A model generated the notes under the pieces. It searched no databases and was not told the DNA's origin. It worked only from the letters and a program-made list of their open reading frames with translations. Made by a program: the position numbers and the translations under genes. Below, one piece after another: positions 17,600 to 24,883 of a DNA stretch of 27,107 nt (its first letter is position 1; each line of letters starts with the position of its first letter). The stretch is from Clostridia bacterium (GTDB lineage Bacteria > Bacillota > Clostridia > UBA1212 > UBA1255), in NCBI GenBank assembly GCA_017560225.1, contig JAFYOJ010000094.1, positions 1-27,107 of the forward strand. Reading direction: 5' to 3'.

Positions 17600-18219
17600 G
17601 CCTTCTTCCTGTCTTTAGCACGACGAATGATCGTGATGACCAAATCGATGCCCAAGGTCTTAATGAGCAATCCGATGGTGGAACTCAGTAAGATGGTAAG
17701 CCCGGCAAAACCGCCGCCGATTAGGACGATCAGAATGTCAGTAAGCAAAAGTGCTTTGCCAATATTCATTTTAGAGTATTTGCGGACAATTAAAGCGACG
17801 ATGTCTGTGCCGCCGGAACTGGAATCTACGTAGAACAAAATTCCGCTGGCAATCGCAATGATAACAGCCCCGATAATTGCCGACAGATATTCGTTGGGAA
17901 TCAGAGGGCTTTGGTATGTAAAAAGTTTCTCGAACAGCCCCACAAAAACAGTGGTCAAGATAGAGCCCACCAATGTTTTGACGGCCATGTCTTTGCCTAA
18001 GAGGATAAAGGCCAGAAAAATCAGCAGGAAATTAATTGCGACTAAAATGGTGCCGGGGGAGAAGGGGAGGATGGATTCCAGAATAACGGAAATGCCACTG
18101 GTGCCGCCAAGCAAAAGGCTGCCCGGGAAAATAAACAAAACCGTGCTGAGGGCATATAGAATGCTGCCGAAGCAGATGCACAGACTGGTTGTTATAAGGT
18201 TCTTATACTGATTTATCAT
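17590..18219 (-). CDS. YitT-family membrane protein (DUF161 repeats); it appears to lack the usual C-terminal DUF2179 part
   Basis: Two repeats of the hydrophobic GGTSGISVIL / SSGGTDIVALI type are present. It ends at 209 aa and overlaps the next gene by 10 nt. Confidence 0.65.
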   Translation of the reverse strand: MINQYKNLITTSLCICFGSILYALSTVLFIFPGSLLLGGTSGISVILESILPFSPGTILVAINFLLIFLAFILLGKDMAVKTLVGSILTTVFVGLFEKLFTYQSPLIPNEYLSAIIGAVIIAIASGILFYVDSSSGGTDIVALIVRKYSKMNIGKALLLTDILIVLIGGGFAGLTILLSSTIGLLIKTLGIDLVITIIRRAKDRKKACP

Positions 18220-18585
18220 ATTATCACCATCGTTTCATTATATTTCCACAATGTGTAAAAAGCAAGAGTATGATATAATTTAATAAAATCATGCACCCAA
18301 ATTCAAAAACGTTACACTATATGAATGAAAGGAGGCGAGGGTATGCACTTTATTCTGCGATGATCAAAGTGCCGCCGAGAGCGATTGGAATGTAAACTTG
18401 AATTTTCGCCGGATTTCATACCGGATTTTCTGAGGTTTAGGGGAAATTCGGTATATTTTTGCGGTAAAATGACGGTTTGTATACTATTTGGCTTGGAAAA
18501 AGTATATTTTGCCCGAGAAATTGCGATTTATATACTTTAGGTGGTTCTGCTTACTACAACTTTCCGAGAACCATTTAGATGCCAA

Positions 18586-18789
18586 TTAGAATTCGTCAAC
18601 ACTTTCTCTGATAGCGGCAAGTTTGTCTTTGACTTCCGTCATAAGAGGTTTAAATAAATACTGGTTTGAATCTAATCCGATGTTTTGCCAAATGCCATCT
18701 TTTTTTGCCTGTGCTTCAATGAGTTCGCATTGGCTGCAGTACCAATCAAAAACTTCTTTTGCTTTAATATTTGCTTCTTCTTTTGTCAT
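18586..18789 (-). CDS. Small hypothetical protein (67 aa)
   Basis: It is a clean ORF flanked by two related hairpin elements. No motif is recognised. Confidence 0.35.
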   Translation of the reverse strand: MTKEEANIKAKEVFDWYCSQCELIEAQAKKDGIWQNIGLDSNQYLFKPLMTEVKDKLAAIRESVDEF

Positions 18790-19043
18790 TCAAACATCCC
18801 CCTTGATTTATTGTAGCATAAAACTTAAGAATATATCAATTATTCATTCTTCATTTTCGTTTTATACGGGAGGCGGCTGCGCCGAACCACCCCTGTTTCT
18901 GCTTATTACAATTTTCTAAGAAACACAAAAGCACCACCGATGGCGTACCTGCGATAGAGCAGGTACGCCATTGGTGTTTGTATTGGTTTGGATGCAAGAA
19001 TGAATTGTAGTAAAATCAAAATGTAATTTTGGAGGATACTGCA

Positions 19044-19427
19044 ATGAAAAAGAACTTTGAATCCCTTTATGAAACCCTTGGAGGAAGCTACCGCGAGGAA
19101 AACGGACACTTTATTCCCGATATTACACTTCCTGAGCAAACCGACTATCAAATCGGTAAGTATGGACGGATGTACCTTAATTACATCAAGAACCATCGTC
19201 GCGGAAGATACACCACCCTGCTGACCGAAGGTAAATTGAATACTTGGCTTCACGAAATCGACTTTGAAGCAAACGAAATGCTTGAAACCATCATCCACCG
19301 CCTTGCTTCCGAAAGAGGCATCGACGAGAACTTGAAAGCTCGCGATATGCTTCGTTGGGTTACAGAAATGAACAATATTAAAGCAAGCGCGGAGGAAATT
19401 GTGTTGCAGGAGGTGATCTACGTATGA
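19044..19427 (+). CDS. TnpV-like protein (Tn4451-type small transposon-associated protein)
   Basis: The pattern LPEQ ... GKYGR ... YLK ... LL..GKL ... EID ... KA.D.L.WV..MNNI ... EIV matches TnpV-like proteins as I recall them. GGAGG lies 8 nt before ATG 19044. Confidence 0.55.
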   Translation: MKKNFESLYETLGGSYREENGHFIPDITLPEQTDYQIGKYGRMYLNYIKNHRRGRYTTLLTEGKLNTWLHEIDFEANEMLETIIHRLASERGIDENLKARDMLRWVTEMNNIKASAEEIVLQEVIYV

Positions 19428-19705
19428 GATCAATTCTGCAGGAACTTTGGCACGGAAACATCTGCCCACAAACCGATAGTCGCAACAATTCTCCCGAAAT
19501 GAAGCAATTGATGGAATATATGGCGCGGCATCACGATGATCTACTCAAAACAATGACCGACGAACAAAAAGAGATCTTTGAAAAGTTCGACGATTGTTGG
19601 AGCGAGTATGCAAGCTATGCCGAAGAAGCTATCTTTACGTATGCTTTCAAATTAGGCGCACAACTGATGCTTGAAACACAGTTGCAACTCAATAAAGAGG
19701 GGTAA
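19424..19705 (+). CDS. Conserved hypothetical protein commonly found next to TnpV in Clostridia mobile elements
   Basis: It overlaps the TnpV-like stop (ATGA). The N-terminus MRSILQELWHGNI and the QKEIFEKF block look familiar from mobile-element accessory regions. Confidence 0.5.
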   Translation: MRSILQELWHGNICPQTDSRNNSPEMKQLMEYMARHHDDLLKTMTDEQKEIFEKFDDCWSEYASYAEEAIFTYAFKLGAQLMLETQLQLNKEG

Positions 19706-19710
19706 CTGCA

Positions 19711-20064
19711 ATGCAAAAATCAACTTTTCTTATATCAGTTGGGCATCGCATTGCGAAAGCTCGCGCGGAGAAAGGATATAGTCAAGCAATGCTTGCCGAA
19801 AAAGCCAATATTTCAGTCAGCCATTTGAGTAATATTGAGCGCGGACGCAAAAGTCTAAGTGCAGAAGTCTTACTTAAAATTTCTGAAGCTTTACAAGTAT
19901 CGGCAGATGGCATATTGTTCACCGATATTCCTCAAGTACATAAAGAAGTTGAAAGTCAAATAAACGGCAACCTCAATAATTGTACTGTAAGAGAGAAAGA
20001 ATTTATACTCAAGCTCATCAAGGATATAGGTGCATTTATTACTGAGATCAAGACGGAAATTTAA
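19711..20064 (+). CDS. XRE-family helix-turn-helix transcriptional regulator
   Basis: GYSQAMLAEKANISVSHLSNIERGRKSLSAEVLLKISEAL is a canonical HTH_XRE. Confidence 0.8.
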   Translation: MQKSTFLISVGHRIAKARAEKGYSQAMLAEKANISVSHLSNIERGRKSLSAEVLLKISEALQVSADGILFTDIPQVHKEVESQINGNLNNCTVREKEFILKLIKDIGAFITEIKTEI

Positions 20065-20252
20065 CAACTCAAAGGAGATACGAGTCGTTTTTTGATTCGT
20101 ATCTCTGTTTTTTATAATTCACATAGTCCATAGGCTATATCATAGTCTGTGGATTATTTTCATTTTAACTGATATTTGATACAATAATACCAACCATAAA
20201 TATATTCATCTTATCGTGATAAAATAATTAGGTAGAAGGAGGATGATAGAAT

Positions 20253-21092
20253 ATGAGAAAAATAACAACCGAAACAATAAAATCATTCAATGACTATCTG
20301 ATTAATGAGGAAAAGGCGGCGGCAACCGTCAACAAATATTTGCACGACGTTGGTGATTTTCAAATATGGCTTGGTGAGCAGGAGTTGTGTAAAACGGCGG
20401 TTCTTGCGTATAAATCATACCTTTGCGAGCATTATGCCCCTGCAAGTGTCAATGCCGCGCTCTCATCGCTCAATAGCTTTTTCAATTTTATGGAGTGGTA
20501 TGATTTGAGAGTAAAGAATCTGAAAATTCAAAAACAGATATTTGCTTCAATCGATAAGGAATTGACCAAGGCTGAGTATGACCGTCTTTTACAAGCTGCA
20601 AAGCAAAAGAAAAACGAGCGCTTGTATCTCTTAATGCAGACGATATGCTCCACGGGAATCCGTGTGTCCGAAGTGCGCTACGTTACTGTCGAGGCAGTGG
20701 TGCGCGGTATTGCCGAGATCAACTGCAAGGGCAAGCGCAGACAAGTATTTTTACCGAAGCAGCTTTGTCAGATATTAAAGCAGTATATTAAGGAGCAAAA
20801 AATAAAAAGCGGAGCCGTGTTTGTAACGAAGAACGGCAATCCGCTTGATAGATCGAATATTTGGAGTGATATGAAAAAGCTATGTAAGGCGGCGAATGTG
20901 TCGGAGAAGAAAGTCTTTCCCCACAATCTCCGTCACCTTTTCGCGCGCACTTATTACAGCTTACAAAAGGATATCGTGCGCTTGGCTGACATCCTCGGTC
21001 ATAGCAGCGTGAATACAACGAGAATTTATACAATGGAAACGGGCGAGATACACCGAAGACAGATTCAGAAATTGGGACTTCTACGGTGTTAA
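20253..21092 (+). CDS. Small tyrosine recombinase (XerC/D-like, 279 aa), candidate DNA invertase for the adjacent switch
   Basis: It has an N-terminal SAM-like core-binding domain. Catalytic signatures are GIRVSEV (Arg I), HNLRHLF (H-x-x-R) and GHSSVNTTRIYT (Tyr nucleophile). It has no phage-integrase arm-binding extension and ends 18 nt before the inverted repeat. Confidence 0.85.
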   Translation: MRKITTETIKSFNDYLINEEKAAATVNKYLHDVGDFQIWLGEQELCKTAVLAYKSYLCEHYAPASVNAALSSLNSFFNFMEWYDLRVKNLKIQKQIFASIDKELTKAEYDRLLQAAKQKKNERLYLLMQTICSTGIRVSEVRYVTVEAVVRGIAEINCKGKRRQVFLPKQLCQILKQYIKEQKIKSGAVFVTKNGNPLDRSNIWSDMKKLCKAANVSEKKVFPHNLRHLFARTYYSLQKDIVRLADILGHSSVNTTRIYTMETGEIHRRQIQKLGLLRC

Positions 21093-21110
21093 CTACCGAT
21101 AAAAAGAAAC

Positions 21111-21137
21111 CTACCACATAATTCTCGTTATGTAGTA
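21111..21137. repeat. Left arm of a perfect 27-bp inverted repeat (CTACCACATAATTCTCGTTATGTAGTA)
   Basis: It is the exact reverse complement of 21332..21358, checked base by base. Confidence 0.9.
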
Positions 21138-21279
21138 ATATAAAGTAAAAAAATATAAGCGCAATACAATCGTATTACGCCCAACAAGACCAATGAAAAA
21201 ATCTAATTTTCATTGGTCTAATTTCCATGCCTATTTTGTAAATTTTTATCTAAAAATCTCATATTGTTGCCTTTTTGGA

Positions 21280-21308
21280 TTGACAAAAGGCTTTGAAAGT
21301 GATATAAT
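21280..21308 (+). promoter_or_regulatory. Consensus sigma-70 promoter with an extended -10 element inside the invertible segment, currently directed into the SPFH operon
   Basis: It is TTGACA-17nt-TATAAT, preceded by TG (TGATATAAT). Confidence 0.65.
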
Positions 21309-21331
21309 ATTTTATGTATAAATATTTCATC

Positions 21332-21358
21332 TACTACATAACGAGAATTATGTGGTAG
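21332..21358. repeat. Right arm of a perfect 27-bp inverted repeat (TACTACATAACGAGAATTATGTGGTAG)
   Basis: It is the exact reverse complement of 21111..21137. It lies in the 5' UTR, 21 nt before the operon RBS. Confidence 0.9.
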
Positions 21359-21379
21359 AAATAAAAAAGGAGTCGCGCT

Positions 21380-22678
21380 ATGGCAATTGTAGAAGTAATA
21401 CAATACAACGGCAATCCTGATGTCTTCGCTTGGAAATATCCCAATAACGAGCTCGGCACCTGGACACAGTTAATTGTAAACGAATCACAAGAAGCAATCT
21501 TAGTTAAAGGCGGACAGGTATGCGATATATTCCAAGCCGGCCGCCACACGCTGAGTACCAATAATATTCCGATACTTAGCAAACTCGTTAATATTCCTTT
21601 CGGTGGACGTTCACCGTTTACTGCGGAAGTTTGGTATATTAACAAGGTCTTTTCTTTGGACGTAAAGTGGGGTACCTCCACTCCAATTCAACTTCAAGAC
21701 CCCAAGTATAAGGTTTTTGTACCTGTCAGAGCTTTTGGACAATTTGGTATCCAAATTGAGGATTCTAAGAAATTCTTACTGAAGCTTGTAGGCACATTGC
21801 CCACATTTGACAAGGCAACTCTTCTTAAATTCTTTAGAGGCGTCTATTTAACAAAAGCTAAGGATGCAATTTCGTCTTACTTGGTACATAAAAACATCAG
21901 CATCTTAGAAATCAACGCATATCTTGACGAAATATCAACATTCCTTCAAGAAAAGATGGCACCGACGTTCTCGGATTATGGAATCAAGCTTGTATCCTTT
22001 TTCGTTAATGACATCAATGTCCCCGAGGATGACAAAGCAGTTGTTCAGCTCAAAAATGCCCTTGCCAAGAGAGCTGAAATGGATATTGTTGGTTACAGTT
22101 ATCAGCAAGAGCGTTCTTTCGATACATTGGAGGGCGCTGCCAACAATCCGAATTCTATGTCTGGTGGCTTGATGGGTGCTGGCATCGGTCTTGGAATGGG
22201 CGTAGGTATGGGAGGAGCTATTGGTAATCAGTTTGGTGGAATCGCGCAATCGATCAATACCAACGATACCAAAGAATGTCCTAATTGCAAAGGCAGAATT
22301 GGCACAAACGAAAGATTTTGCCATCTCTGCGGTTGCGATACTTCCGCTCCCAAAAAGGAATCTAAGAAAGAATCTGCAATCAAATGCTCAAATTGTGGAG
22401 CCGCTATGACCGAAAACACAAAATTCTGTCCTGAGTGCGGAAATCGTTACAATCCATGTAGCAATTGTAAAGCAGATATTCCCGACGGTGCAAAAGTATG
22501 TCCGGAGTGTGGAACGAAGGTTCCTGTGCCGTGTCCGAAGTGCGGTCACTTATTAACGGGAAATAGCAAGTTCTGCCCCGAATGTGGTCATTCTCTCATT
22601 AGAAAATGCTCGGGTTGTGGAAAAGAAATAGAGGGCTCTACTAAGTTCTGCCCCGAGTGCGGAACACCTGTTAATTAA
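21380..22678 (+). CDS. SPFH/band-7-domain protein (COG4260/YdjI-like) with a Gly/Met-rich linker and ~5 tandem C-terminal zinc-ribbon repeats
   Basis: The N-terminal region is IVNESQEAILVKGGQ ... TAEVWYINK, as in YdjI-like SPFH proteins. The linker is GGLMGAGIGLGMGVGMGGAIGNQFGG. Repeated CPNC/CSNC/CSNC/CPKC/CSGC ... KFCPECG units follow. AAGGAG lies 7 nt before ATG. Confidence 0.8.
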   Translation: MAIVEVIQYNGNPDVFAWKYPNNELGTWTQLIVNESQEAILVKGGQVCDIFQAGRHTLSTNNIPILSKLVNIPFGGRSPFTAEVWYINKVFSLDVKWGTSTPIQLQDPKYKVFVPVRAFGQFGIQIEDSKKFLLKLVGTLPTFDKATLLKFFRGVYLTKAKDAISSYLVHKNISILEINAYLDEISTFLQEKMAPTFSDYGIKLVSFFVNDINVPEDDKAVVQLKNALAKRAEMDIVGYSYQQERSFDTLEGAANNPNSMSGGLMGAGIGLGMGVGMGGAIGNQFGGIAQSINTNDTKECPNCKGRIGTNERFCHLCGCDTSAPKKESKKESAIKCSNCGAAMTENTKFCPECGNRYNPCSNCKADIPDGAKVCPECGTKVPVPCPKCGHLLTGNSKFCPECGHSLIRKCSGCGKEIEGSTKFCPECGTPVN

Positions 22679-22691
22679 GGAGGGCTAATCT

Positions 22692-23363
22692 ATGAAAAAC
22701 GCAAAACTTACTACGCTTATTTGCGGATTGATCTCCATAGCAGCAACTGTAATATTCTATTTGCTCACCTTTGACAACATCTTTACTATTCCAATGAGAT
22801 GGGTGTCACTGATGCTTTTGCTTGTTGCAGAAGTGATTGGAACATTGAAAGCAATATTTGTTAATAAAAACATTATTACACAAGCAAGTATTTTTACAAG
22901 TGTTGCCCACCTTGTAGCGGTATTGGTCATATCAATTGTTTTCGTTAATTTCTTCCCCCTCGCAATTAGAACATATATCCTCTTAAATATCTTGTTGTTA
23001 TGTGCGATGGCAGCGGCTGATTTGTTCGTATCTCATTTTGGAAAAAACATTTCTGCAAGCAACAAAAAATTGGCACAAAGCCAGTCTGTCATGGATGCGT
23101 GCTATGCCAAAGCTCAGGGACTTGTAGTTGTATACGGACAAAGTGAGTACAAAAAAGATTTGATTGAGATTTCTGAACTTATTAAGTATTCGGATAATAG
23201 CGAGCTTACAGACGATGAGCCTGCTATCATGGGAAAACTCGGAGAGTTAGAATCTCAACTAAAGGAAAACGGCGAGAACATTTCCGCTTTGATTTCCGAA
23301 ATCAAAAATTTAATTAACTTGCGCACCATAAAAATGAAAAGCATAAAGAGAGGCGGCTATTAA
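22692..23363 (+). CDS. Membrane protein (4 predicted TM segments) with a C-terminal coiled-coil tail
   Basis: Hydrophobic segments in the first ~120 aa are followed by a charged helical region. AAGGAGG lies before ATG. It is tightly spaced in the operon. Confidence 0.6.
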   Translation: MKNAKLTTLICGLISIAATVIFYLLTFDNIFTIPMRWVSLMLLLVAEVIGTLKAIFVNKNIITQASIFTSVAHLVAVLVISIVFVNFFPLAIRTYILLNILLLCAMAAADLFVSHFGKNISASNKKLAQSQSVMDACYAKAQGLVVVYGQSEYKKDLIEISELIKYSDNSELTDDEPAIMGKLGELESQLKENGENISALISEIKNLINLRTIKMKSIKRGGY

Positions 23364-23386
23364 GCCGCAAATGGAGGTTAGATAGA

Positions 23387-24031
23387 ATGAGTAATAAAAA
23401 TAACAACTTGGGCTGTTTATATTCTTGGCCCGTAATTATCATCGCACTGATTTGCTTTTGGCCTGTAGGTTTGTTTTTGATCATCAAAAGAGCTTCTGTT
23501 GACAAAAAGACAGCAATGGCTTCAGGTAAGCTCATTAAAGGTCTCGGCATTGCCTCTTGTTGTATGGCTGCCCTTGGTTTCTTAGTGTGCCTAAGTGACG
23601 GATTTGATGGCACTGATGTAGGAATGATTATTTTCTTTGCTGCTGCGGGTGCCGCTCTTCTTTACTTGGCAAACAAAATTAAAAAGGATGCGGATAGTGT
23701 AAAACTGTACCTTAACATCATTGTAAACGGTGGCGAAAGACAACTTGACTCTGTTGCTGCGGCAACTGGCAAGCAGTATGACGTTGTCAAAAAGGATGTT
23801 CAAAAGATGATTGATAAGGGCTTCTTAAAGAACGCCTATATCAATGAAAACACAAGAGAGGTTGTACTTCCTTCCGCAGCTCCTGCCAACGTGAATGTGG
23901 CTCAGCCCACAGGTGGAACAGCTCCTGCGGCGGCACAGACGAGAGTTATTGCTTGCCCTTGTTGCGGAGCTAACAATACCATATCCGGCGATATTGGTGA
24001 GTGCGAGTATTGTGGAACACCTTTGAAGTAA
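23387..24031 (+). CDS. Membrane protein with a C-terminal zinc ribbon
   Basis: Three hydrophobic segments and then a soluble region ending CPCCGANNTISGDIGECEYCG. GGAGG lies 9 nt before ATG. Confidence 0.6.
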   Translation: MSNKNNNLGCLYSWPVIIIALICFWPVGLFLIIKRASVDKKTAMASGKLIKGLGIASCCMAALGFLVCLSDGFDGTDVGMIIFFAAAGAALLYLANKIKKDADSVKLYLNIIVNGGERQLDSVAAATGKQYDVVKKDVQKMIDKGFLKNAYINENTREVVLPSAAPANVNVAQPTGGTAPAAAQTRVIACPCCGANNTISGDIGECEYCGTPLK

Positions 24032-24046
24032 TTACAAAATTTAATT

Positions 24047-24685
24047 ATGGAAAAAAGATGTTCTAATTGTAACGGATCACTTAAATTATCCGCCGATAAA
24101 ACCAAGTGGATATGTGACTTTTGTGAGTCTGAATTTTGGATTGAAGAAGGTACCAAACCAAATTTTGTTGCTGAGCAAAGCGCTTCGGCTACTTACTACA
24201 TTGGTACGGTAAAAGTATCAAAGGAATCAATTCAAAAAATAGATACTTATATGGCAACAAACCAAAAGCTTAATGCCATAAAATTTGTACGAGAAATAAG
24301 TGGTTTGGGACTTGCCGATGCAAAAACATGGGTTGAAAGTTATAAAAACTATAATCTCGAAGAGCCGCAAAAGTTTGAACCCGCAACGTTTTCTACACAA
24401 CAAACTGCCAACAAATCCGGTTGTTATGTTGCGACTTGCGTCTACGGTTCCTATGATTGTCCACAGGTTTGGACGCTTCGTCGTTATCGCGACGATACTC
24501 TCGGTTCCACTTGGTACGGTAGACTGTTTATTCGTACATACTATGCGATCAGCCCTACTCTCGTAAAGTGGTTTGGCAAAACGAATTGGTTCAAGAAACT
24601 TTGGAAGGGTAAACTTGATCGTATGGTTGCAAAGCTCCAATCTAATGGTGTAGAAGATACTCCCTACGAAGATAAGAACTGGTAA
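24047..24685 (+). CDS. Protein with an N-terminal zinc ribbon, a ribosomal L7/L12 C-terminal-domain-like motif and a Cys-rich C-terminal module
   Basis: CSNCNG ... CDFCES is the zinc ribbon. KLNAIKFVREISGLGLADAKTWVES parallels the L7/L12 block K-V-A-V-I-K-A-V-R-x-x-T-G-L-G-L-K-E-A-K-D-L-V-E-S. The C-terminus is CYVATCVYGSYDCPQVWTLRRYRD ... YYAISP. Confidence 0.6.
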   Translation: MEKRCSNCNGSLKLSADKTKWICDFCESEFWIEEGTKPNFVAEQSASATYYIGTVKVSKESIQKIDTYMATNQKLNAIKFVREISGLGLADAKTWVESYKNYNLEEPQKFEPATFSTQQTANKSGCYVATCVYGSYDCPQVWTLRRYRDDTLGSTWYGRLFIRTYYAISPTLVKWFGKTNWFKKLWKGKLDRMVAKLQSNGVEDTPYEDKNW

Positions 24686-24698
24686 TAGAGATAAAAAC

Positions 24699-24738
24699 AA
24701 AAGCCAAGTGGTATAAAATCATACCATTTGGCTTTTTG
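24699..24738 (+). terminator. Rho-independent terminator after the four-gene operon
   Basis: It is GCCAAGTGGTAT-AAAATC-ATACCATTTGGC (12-bp stem with one G-U pair) followed by TTTTT. Confidence 0.65.
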
Positions 24739-24815
24739 AATTTACAGTCAAATTCAAAAGTTTTATATCACAATGATATTCCGAATATATTGAAACAAAT
24801 ATTTTCACTAACCTC

Positions 24816-24844
24816 TTGACAACGGAAAAATTATGTGATATAAT
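24816..24844 (+). promoter_or_regulatory. Sigma-70 promoter with an extended -10 element for the LexA-like module
   Basis: It is TTGACA-17nt-TATAAT, preceded by TG (TGATATAAT). Confidence 0.55.
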
Positions 24845-24857
24845 AACTCTACATACT

Positions 24858-24872
24858 GAAACATTATGTTTC
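24858..24872. promoter_or_regulatory. Palindromic candidate operator GAAACATTATGTTTC between the promoter and the RBS
   Basis: It has perfect 7-bp arms with a 1-nt spacer. It is related to the Firmicute LexA (Cheo) box core GAAC-N4-GTTC but with GAAAC/GTTTC arms. Confidence 0.4.
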
Positions 24873-24883
24873 TCGGAGGCGTT

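Noticed and set aside
17590-18219. YitT-family gene as a truncated pseudogene, since it lacks the DUF2179 C-terminal domain
   Set aside because: The ORF is intact, translationally coupled to the next gene, and short YitT-like membrane-only proteins exist. There is no evidence of a frameshift.
18906-19469. 187-aa minus-strand ORF
   Set aside because: It is antisense to the TnpV-like gene, which has a GGAGG RBS and a recognisable family pattern. It has no motifs of its own.
21111-21358. Interpretation of the 27-bp inverted repeats as terminal repeats of a MITE-like insertion rather than an inversion switch
   Set aside because: I found no target-site duplication flanking the repeats. The adjacent small tyrosine recombinase and the internal outward promoter fit an invertase switch better. 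It is kept as the main alternative under the switch finding.
21334-21681. 115-aa minus-strand ORF, plus the 61-aa ORF inside the invertible segment (21218..21403)
   Set aside because: It is antisense to the well-supported SPFH gene N-terminus and 5' UTR. It is AT-rich chance frame with no RBS.
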